The notes under the pieces were generated by a model, which saw only the letters and a program-made list of their open reading frames with translations, made no database searches and was not told where the DNA came from. Of a stretch of 64,000 nt of DNA, positions 55,329 to 64,000 are shown piece by piece. The position numbers and the translations under genes were made by a program. Position 1 is the first letter of the stretch. Each line of letters opens with the position of its first letter. Origin of the DNA: Dimorphilus gyrociliatus (lineage: Eukaryota; Animalia; Annelida); assembly GCA_904063045.1 (NCBI GenBank), contig CAJFCJ010000019.1, positions 1-64,000 of the forward strand. The letters run 5' to 3'.

Positions 55329-56280
55329 CTCTCCTATCCCATTTTCCAAACCTTCTCCAAAAATAGATGTTAAACATTTAAATATTTCCAAGTAAAATGC
55401 TTGCTCCAAAATTTGATAACTGAATCGATGTAAAACTATTTATAAAATTACAGATATCAATGATACTGTAAAGTTTTATAAATATCTATCTATAAAAAAA
55501 CAAATATATACACTCAAATATAGATTCAAAACATAGATACATAAATACATACAATGTACTATGTTTTCTTCTTTTATACATTAGCAAAAAAATTGCTGCA
55601 TAACTAGATTCTTGTCTGTTATTTTTAGAAAGATTTCATCTATTTTTATATTTAATAGATGGGTATGTTCTCTTTTACGAAAGATACATATTTGTCTTTT
55701 AATTATAGAAGTAGACAGATTTGTGTTAAGCTGAAATCCTATTATACTGAACTAGCAGACAGAAAAGAGTGAGATATAGAATATATATATATATAATTTA
55801 TATGTGCTATATGTCTCTTTTCTACATCAGAAAAAGTCTAAAATGTTTCAAATCAAACAATAGTAAAAAATTAGAGTGGTCTTTGGCGTCGAGAATAGTT
55901 TGCTTAATTAATTGAATGTACTGTTATTTTTGAATTAAATAAAAAGGATTGTAAAATATTAGTTTGTAATATTTTATTCATATAATAAAATTATTTAAAT
56001 AAATATTAAAATATCTCCTTTTATTTAATATGAAATTCCTTCACTAATAACATTAACAACGTATTAGTCATAATCCCGGGAGTGTTTTGACTATTGAACA
56101 GATGCTTTTTATAGATGAATAAAACGTGGGGGTATAAACGGGGTCGGGTGGGGATTTCCCTAACACTGAATAATCTTGGTAGGGCGCCATCTTTTGGGTC
56201 CAAACACCTTGGTAATTACAATGACCGTCTCTACACAATAATAGATTCTTCAATACTTAAATCAATCATGCGTAAAAACA

Positions 56281-56340
56281 TAATAAGAGGTTAGAAATAC
56301 AAAATCGTAAGAATATCTGGGTAAGTATTTGTTTTTATCT
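56281..56340 (+). repeat. Copy B of the ~60-bp duplication; probable non-coding 5' exon of the LRR gene
   Basis: taataagaggttagaaatacaaaatcgtaagaatatctgg|gtaagtatttgtttttatct. A YY1-type CGCCATCTT lies at 56185-56193 just upstream. Confidence 0.55.
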
Positions 56341-57742
56341 TCACAATTCGTCTCTTTTTTTAGGTTTTTCCACTGTTTTTTTTTAATTAAAAGGCCTAGA
56401 TGATAAAAAGCAAAGTCTATGAATTAGCCATAGTAAGGATAAATAAACAAACACAATAGGAAATAAAACAGATCCAGGATATGATCACCTCTATCGTTAT
56501 GATTAGAAGGGAAGAAAAAAATTAACAGATAGATAGCTAGACGAATAGATACACAGGTAGAAGAAGAGAGTTATAGACAGAGCGAAGGGGAGAGAGAGAG
56601 AGAGAGAGAGAGAGATACAGACGCAGAGACAGACATACTTATGATAGACAGATAGACAGACAGAGAAAATAGGAAGGGATGAGAGTAAGAAAAACAAATA
56701 TAATAAACAAATCCGTTTTGTACTAGAACAATATTTTTTTAAGGTGCCTGTAAAGTTATAACAATCACTTACAACGTATTATATTTGATACGTTTTAACA
56801 ACTAGGGAAAAAGAATATATCTTGATAAGGTTGTTCAACGTATTTCTAAACTAGCTTTTGGCTCTTATTGCTCATACGTGATGATGCATTATTCTGAGGT
56901 AACATAAGAGCAGTATTTCATTTTATTATACCTTACTGTAACATTATAGAAGAAAAAAATTGGTTATAAATATGATATTTTGAAATTTATAAGGGGATAT
57001 TATCGATCTATAGTATAAAAATTCTGTTTAATATAGTATATATGTATAGTCGTATATATTTTATATAGCTAGATTTTATTCTACGTAAGGTAAATATTAC
57101 ATTTGAGTTCAGTTAAGAGAGAGATCTGACCTTTTACGAATGAATCAAGAACACCTACGAAGTTATTGATATGTTATCAAAAGTATTAATTTTTTTTAAA
57201 TATTCAACTTAATCGTTAAAGGATGTTTAATTTATTTTATCTATAAAATCATAATTTCATTATTAAACGAGAAGGCAAAGGGAATAGAGAAGAAAGAGTA
57301 GAATAAAATTTTATATAGCAGAATATACTAATATATAAAATATATATATATATTTAATACTTCTAAGCCTTGTAAATATTTTCCCCTCTCTCTCTTCCCT
57401 CCTGCTCAACTCTTTTATTGACACGATTTCAACCAAAAGAGAAAATTTATTTGAATAAAAAAATATTGAAATTGTAGCAGGCCGATATTTTTTCTGTATT
57501 TAGGTTAGGCATTCGGTATTTCTTTTGAATTTTTTATCAATGTTCAACAATTTGAAAATAACGTATTTTCTTAGGTTATTAATTTATATAATGTCTTTTT
57601 TTTTTACCTTGAACAGGTTAAATATTTTATGGTACTTATCGAAGAGAGGAATGCTTTGATAGTCTAAAGAAGGGAGCAGATTTTTAAATAAAAAACATAA
57701 AAGAAACAAAGATTTTCTAAAAATCTGGTTTATTCAAGAAGA

Positions 57743-60397
57743 ATGCTATTCATCTTATTAAATATAATCTGGTTATTAGCATGCTTCAATAACGGAGAAT
57801 TTAAAACTATTCCATGCCCTATTAAAGATAATCCGGGCTGTATTTGTAAGGATGAAAATGGTATAAAAGAAATTGACTGCTTTAAAATTGGATTAAGTAA
57901 GATACCAATTTTTGTTCAGAATGGACAATCCTATGATCTATTGAAAATTGAAAAGAACTCAATTACAACAATACAATCGGATGCCTTTAATAACTTAAGA
58001 GTTGCAGAAATACTTATTAATGAAGAACGGTTAAATTCTATTGATAATAACGCTTTTGCTAATTTACCTGATTTAAAGAAATTACAAATAATCGTTTCGA
58101 ATGTTCAATTCTCCAAAGATGTTTTCAATATCATTTCCCTTACGGATTTAATTTTATCAGGATTTACAATACAAAATGGTCAACTTCCCGATAAAGCTTT
58201 AAACGATTTACCAAATCTAAGGAACTTAAAGCTAGAAAATTTTGGATTAAAATCTATAAGAGAAGGGGAATTACCGATTAACTATAAAACTGCATTGGAG
58301 AAACTGTCGTTAATCAATAACAAACTTACAGATTTTGCAATTTACGGCAAAGCTGGCAATCTTAAAGAATTATATTTGAAAGGTAACGAAATCTCTAGAA
58401 TTGAATCGAATAGTTTAACAAATCTACGTAGACTTGAAATTTTGGATTTAACTGAAAACCGAATAACAAATGTAGCAGCAGGATCATTTGATGCACTTGT
58501 AAATTTGCAAAGGCTTGTATTAGTTGACACAACCTTTAGTACTAATCAACTTACTGAAATCAGTAAGTTAAAAAATCTACGGGAATTAGACTTATCTGGA
58601 AATAAAGGCTTAAATTCATTAAAGGATAATCTCTTTATAGAAGTTACTAAATTGAGAAAGTTGTTTTTAAGCAATTGCGATATTAAAGAATTAAAATTTA
58701 AACATCTAAAAGGGACAGAAGGTTCATTAATTGAACTACGAATGGATGATAATAAGAAACTAAACTCAATCGAAAAAGAAACATTTGGAAGACATTCTAA
58801 AATTGAAATATTATCATTTCAAAAGTGTAATCTTGCCGGTTCATTAACGGAAGCACACTTTGAATCTATAAAACTTTCATTAAAAGAGTTAAATTTTAAA
58901 GACACGCCCTTACTGCCTAAAGATCTACGAATGGTTAAACCACTCATCTCTTTGGAGAAAATAATACTGGAAAATATAGACGTTGGCGAAATAGAAGATA
59001 ACTTGTTCCTAAATTCGCAAGTAAAGGAATTATCTTTAAAGAATAATCCGTTAAAGAAAGTTAATCAAAATACGTTCGCTGGTTTAAGCGATACATTGGC
59101 GATCTTACATTTAGAACAAACGCAAGTAAGCACAATTAGCTCTTGCGTCTTTAGAAATTTCAACAAACTAGATCATTTGAGTTTATCCAGTCTAGACTGC
59201 GATTGTCGTCTGAAATGGTTGCATAGATGGGTTCGAAATCACAATGATCCTATTTACGGTTTGTGGACTTGCAAATCTCCTACTTCCCTCGTTGGACAAA
59301 TGTTTCGAGATTTAGAAGAAAATGACCTTGTTTGTTCTGGAGGAATTGAAGAAGACAAGTGCGAACCTATTGTAATACCATCGACATTATCACCAAATCA
59401 GTCAGCTTTTAATCGTTTCAATCTAACGAAATTGAACGATTCGAATCTTAAAGCAAAATGGATATTAGGTTCTTTATACGAGCCTTCCAGTATAGAATCA
59501 TTCGCAATTGATTATTCGTCAATTACAAAAGTTAAGGAGCAATCTACTGAAAAGGAAAACATTGGCGCTAAGATTGAAATAAAACCAATTGAACCCGATA
59601 AACGGGAACAAATCATTGAAAATTTAAAAGAAAACACAGAATATGTTGTCTGCATCCAGTTAAAAATAAAAGGAAAGGATGAATATAGTAATAAAATGTG
59701 TGCGAGTGCTATTACGTCATCAGGGAAGCAAATTTCGAATTCTAGTAGCTCGGCGGTTAGCATTGCACTTGGAGTTGTTTTTGGAATCCTGGCCGTCATT
59801 CTAATTATAGCATTAATTGTATTCATTCTTTACAAAAAGAGATTTAGTAAAAAGAATGATCAGCATACATATGACAAACCAATTACGGAGAGTAATCCCG
59901 ATATTCCTCGTTTAGGTCGGGATTCGAAAAGATACGCAAAGTCACCAAGATCTAAATCGACCGCAAATTCTACTACCAATCTTATTCCATCTATATCCTC
60001 TATTTCACAATATCCCCATTCGATGTTGGATGATCTCACACCATTTGAAAGAGATAGAATAATATCAATACTTAGTCGGCCTGAGAGCGTCGCTTCAAGT
60101 CAATATCACTTAATGTCTCCAGATGAACGAGATAGACTTATCAATAAACTAACACATTCTGGTGTTAGCGGCTATAGCGGCTTTAGCTCTCATAGTAGAG
60201 ACTCAGGCGTTACAATGAATACTTCAGGTGCTACTGGTCCTAAATTACCGCCAAGACCCCCAAATTTAGAAGGATATTTAAACCCATTGGAAATGATGTA
60301 CGATCCTAAATTATATACGGAAGAAAACATCTACTGCGAAATTTCTAATCCAAAGAATGATTCAAAATCACCTCCACCACCCCAAGGTATTAAGTAA
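57743..60397 (+). CDS. Type I membrane LRR protein (signal peptide, LRRNT, about 17 LRRs, LRRCT, FN3-like domain, TM, cytoplasmic tail), 884 aa
   Basis: CP......C.C LRRNT, repeated LxxLxLxxN, LDCDCRLKWL..WTCKSP..L LRRCT, FN3-like stretch (W....F.IDY..IENLKENTEYVVCI), TM IALGVVFGILAVILIIALIVFILY then KKR. Single coding exon, with a likely acceptor at 57616. Confidence 0.92.
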   Translation: MLFILLNIIWLLACFNNGEFKTIPCPIKDNPGCICKDENGIKEIDCFKIGLSKIPIFVQNGQSYDLLKIEKNSITTIQSDAFNNLRVAEILINEERLNSIDNNAFANLPDLKKLQIIVSNVQFSKDVFNIISLTDLILSGFTIQNGQLPDKALNDLPNLRNLKLENFGLKSIREGELPINYKTALEKLSLINNKLTDFAIYGKAGNLKELYLKGNEISRIESNSLTNLRRLEILDLTENRITNVAAGSFDALVNLQRLVLVDTTFSTNQLTEISKLKNLRELDLSGNKGLNSLKDNLFIEVTKLRKLFLSNCDIKELKFKHLKGTEGSLIELRMDDNKKLNSIEKETFGRHSKIEILSFQKCNLAGSLTEAHFESIKLSLKELNFKDTPLLPKDLRMVKPLISLEKIILENIDVGEIEDNLFLNSQVKELSLKNNPLKKVNQNTFAGLSDTLAILHLEQTQVSTISSCVFRNFNKLDHLSLSSLDCDCRLKWLHRWVRNHNDPIYGLWTCKSPTSLVGQMFRDLEENDLVCSGGIEEDKCEPIVIPSTLSPNQSAFNRFNLTKLNDSNLKAKWILGSLYEPSSIESFAIDYSSITKVKEQSTEKENIGAKIEIKPIEPDKREQIIENLKENTEYVVCIQLKIKGKDEYSNKMCASAITSSGKQISNSSSSAVSIALGVVFGILAVILIIALIVFILYKKRFSKKNDQHTYDKPITESNPDIPRLGRDSKRYAKSPRSKSTANSTTNLIPSISSISQYPHSMLDDLTPFERDRIISILSRPESVASSQYHLMSPDERDRLINKLTHSGVSGYSGFSSHSRDSGVTMNTSGATGPKLPPRPPNLEGYLNPLEMMYDPKLYTEENIYCEISNPKNDSKSPPPPQGIK

Positions 60398-61096
60398 CAA
60401 CAATTAAAGGCTTAAACGAAAGTTATTCAGTTCCTTTCATTTTATATTCTTCCAAACAGATAATTACGAAGCAACGGTTTTCAAAGAATCTTACATATAG
60501 GACACAAACATCGAAACGAAAAAAAGGCAGACGAACTAGGCTTAATATGTTACGAATTTGTCTTTCGCCCTATTCGTTTTTTTTTGTGATTTATGCTTCT
60601 TCTTCTTCTTCTTTGTTTTATTTTATTTTATTTTTTGTTCCTCTGAGATTTATTATTCAATTGAATAAACAACATATCAGTTTTAACTTTCAAACTTTCG
60701 CGCCATTTATTCTCTGCACCCCTTGTACATCGTAAAATGAACATGCAATAGATGTCACTAGCAGTCAGAATAGAAATAGGGCAAGAAGCTTGCCAGTAAA
60801 ATAAAGATATCTGTAAAATTTTGAATGTAAACTTCGCAACTTTAAGTGCAATCAATGTTAATTTTGTCATAAATAACAATAACATTAGAACCATCTTGAA
60901 AAGGTTTGTCGATTTGCCACCATTTTGCTATTATAAGACTACTTACTCAGCTAGAATAAAAAATAAATGCTAAGTATGTGTTGTTAAAAGCAAATACTAA
61001 AAACATATTTGAATATTTGATCAATATTTGTAAATCATATATTCTAATTATAGTATTCTTCTAAAAACCTCCATACAGAGAATATACAATAAAAAA

Positions 61097-61925
61097 ATGG
61101 CAAAGAAAAAATTTGCAGTATCGGCAGAAGGTCGCGAAGGAGCTCTTGCTCACGAAGAAGTCAAATTGGTTAAAAAGAGATTAAAGGTAATATTTGGGGG
61201 GAGAAATCAAGTTCAGATCACTGATTTATATATACATATATATATATATAAAAGAAAGAAAGCGTTAGAAAAGTAAATAGAAAGCAAAAAGGAAAGAGAA
61301 TTATTTAATCTATTACATACATATCTAGACATATATCAATATATAGTTAAAACAATTCAAATATAACACTAATATCTAATAAATTCTTTTAGAAATTATG
61401 TTGTTGCGGAGGAGGATGGATTGTTGCTACAGTACTTCTGCTGCTGGTTGGTATACTACTACTGGTATACTTCACTAAATATTGGAATGATGAGACAACT
61501 AAGAAAAGGTTAGCCTCATTATCATTCCTAGTCTTTCGTTTTTCTTATATGTTTAATTAGTTAATTAACATTAATTATTCTTTATACTTTTTGACAGAAT
61601 TTTTGCTTATTTGGGTTTAGCGTTATTACTTGCCGGAATAGTAACGGGAGTGGTCAGTGGTATTCTTTGTGGTCTTGTTTATCATGTTCTGAAATATAGC
61701 GATAGAAAATGGACTGCTAAGGTAACCTTCAATTTTTTAGTGTGTGTGTTTTTTTCTCTTGTTTTCCTTTCTTTTTGTTTTTTTGCTTTAAACTACTTAT
61801 TGTATTGTCAAAAATAAAAATAAAAAAACACATTTTATCTTCTCTTACAGACAGAGGGGAATAAAAATCGTAAGAAGTACAAATTTGGTGAAGCTCCTTA
61901 TCCTCAACAGCCTACAGAGGAGTAA
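61097..61925 (+). CDS. Small two-transmembrane protein of unknown family, 134 aa (exons 61097-61186, 61393-61508, 61598-61721, 61851-61925); possible extra exon 61999-62056
   Basis: AAAATGG start and four GT-AG exons with matching phases (0, 2, 0). Sequence: MAKKKFAV..KKRLK|KLCCCGGGWIVATVLLLLVGILLLVYFTKYWNDETTKKR|IFAYLGLALLLAGIVTGVVSGILCGLVYHVLKYSDRKWTAK|TEGNKNRKKYKFGEAPYPQQPTEE*. Confidence 0.78.
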
Positions 61926-64000
61926 GTGCAAAAAATTACAATTGAAATTCAGCCTTGCTGCCGGCTATGATATAATGTGTATTTTTTTTAAGTACTAGGG
62001 AGGAGACGAAGTTTGTTGGTCAAGTTCAACCAGAGGATGTAAAAATAGAAAGTTGAAGGTCGTTGTGAGGCTTATTGAAAGTAAATTCTCTAGCCCCTTT
62101 GCAGCATTGAAGAAGTTTTAAATGTTTACAAATCGCTTTATATCAATGAAATGTATCTCTTTTTTCTTCGATTGCTTGCAAAGCCGATTAAATCATCCTT
62201 TCGCTACTTAATTAGAAGTTTTTCATTTATTTGCTCTAAATATCTATCTACATGTGCCGCTTAATTCGTGTCCTCTTTCTCGGAAATGAAATAGAAAGCT
62301 TTTCAATTACCTCACAAAGTCCACAACTACTCCTACTTTTAACTCGTTTCTATTTACTATGAAACTATAAACGCTATTCCACTATCTCATCGTTCAAGTT
62401 TTCATTTAAATTACTTATAACAGTGTATTTCTTTTCTTTATATTTGTTGTGATCTTTTTTCAAACTAATACTACTAAAACAAAAAACAAAGAGAAAATTT
62501 CGGGCTATTTTCTATTATTTCTGGAATCTAAACAACAATATCTATAAAAGGATATTCTTTTTATACCTTTTTATTTGCGTTTTATTTGCTTTTTTAGTTG
62601 TTTTATACAGATATTTACTAATGCAGACCTTTGAATTGTTACATTTTTTGCAATAAATCCATAGTTAAAGCTGTGTACACCTAATTTTCGGCTATTTACC
62701 GGTTAATTAGTTGACGCTAATTGAATAGGGTCAATCTGTCAATTAAGTTTGAAGGAAAAGTGAAGGTTATGATAGATATAAAAGCCATCTTGTGGCTCCA
62801 TCTACTGATATTCCATTGTTCAAGCGAAAAGTTCACTGTAGGGGGGGGTGGAGAGGTGAAGAAGAAAGAAAGAGAATTTTTTTATCTATATAACTATATA
62901 TATTAAATAATCAGCTAAGGAACGACATATGGTTTTTTTGTTGTTGTAAATTTATATCAATTTACAAAGGGGGTTCAATAAGATTGAGATTTTATTCTTC
63001 TCAGCTACTTATCTATATACAAAAACAAAAAACTCCTTTGAAGTAGTCAGTAATAAGCTTACGCAATTGAATTAGCGCTTTAGTGGGACATTGTTAGCCC
63101 TTTTTGACTCATACAGGTCCCTAACTGCCATCACCGGGTGACAAGTAGCCTGTTAATTAACTAAAGGCTAATTAGGTCTTTATTTATAAAAAAAAAGAAG
63201 AAAAAAGACGGAATTTTTTCTTTTTTTGAGCTCTGAACGAAAAAAGAAAGGATGAAAGGAGGAAGAGAGATAAAAAGAATAATAAAAAATAAAGTTTTAC
63301 AGGTATTCGGAAATAAGATAGAATCGATGAAATCAAAGGGAAAAATTGAAGCGAGTGGAAAAAAATCGTATTGGGAACTTTTTTTCAAAACCGGTTTCCT
63401 CTTTCTCAAACGACACCTGGTTCATTATGCATGACACGTTAAAACTACCAACGATTTGTTTGCCCAAAACGACGCTTATACAATTATACGATAATTATAA
63501 GCATATAAATCGATTGTGTCGTGACCGAAGTAAACTTTTGACAGAATGTTCGATTGAGGAGCATATAGGGAGAGCTAATGATTTTCGCTTTTCCTTGTGT
63601 ATTGTAAAGTTTTCTAGAAGCGTCTTACATAGAATAGAAGCAGGAAGAGAGTGATATAACGTATACATTATAAAAATTGTCCGGACGTCGCGATCGTGAC
63701 GGTAGTCGATTAGAATATTTGACGAGTATGTCCCAAAAAAAAAACTACTGATAGATTGACAGTTTTATTACGATTGTTCAATTATTCGTTTTCCGTTTGC
63801 GTGCCATTTGTATAGGAAGTATTTTATGTTTAACTATTAATAGTGAGAATAGGTATACAGTTTCCCCTCCCCCCTACTAGAATAAGTGAAAAGGCAAAAG
63901 ATTACTTATGAAAAACAATGACAGCTTCTTGAAAAATTTATCGAACTAGAATAAATACGACAGACTGTATGCGTATGCATTATAAAATGCAAATAACGCG

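Noticed and set aside
63346-63654. 102-aa plus-strand ORF near the window end
   Set aside because: No recognisable motif or splice context. It could belong to a gene beyond the window, but the sequence here does not support that.

Overview
This is an AT-rich, gene-dense animal (invertebrate-like) genomic window with mostly very short GT-AG introns (55-130 nt) and many (AT)n/(AG)n microsatellites. I assembled these genes by hand from splice sites and family motifs: the 5' end of a Delta/Serrate-type Notch ligand (-, absent from the ORF track); about 15 kb without recognisable coding sequence but rich in CSL, E-box and HES motifs; CNOT3 (+); a two-exon class A GPCR (-); NOS1AP/CAPON (-); an intronless 816-aa pseudokinase (-); ornithine decarboxylase (+); full-length talin (-); an ASMT-like O-methyltransferase (-); an LRR-FN3-TM receptor (+); and an unannotated small two-TM protein (+). 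The strongest hidden signal is a spliced, AUU-initiated uORF ending NAEPPWDPS* in the ODC leader. This matches the known polyamine-sensing uCC of ODC/antizyme-inhibitor mRNAs. A perfect double-CACGTG palindrome lies in the intron that splits it. Two frame-preserving candidate microexons in talin and a dense CSL site cluster upstream of the Notch ligand also stand out. All gene models are manual and have not been checked by database search or transcript data.
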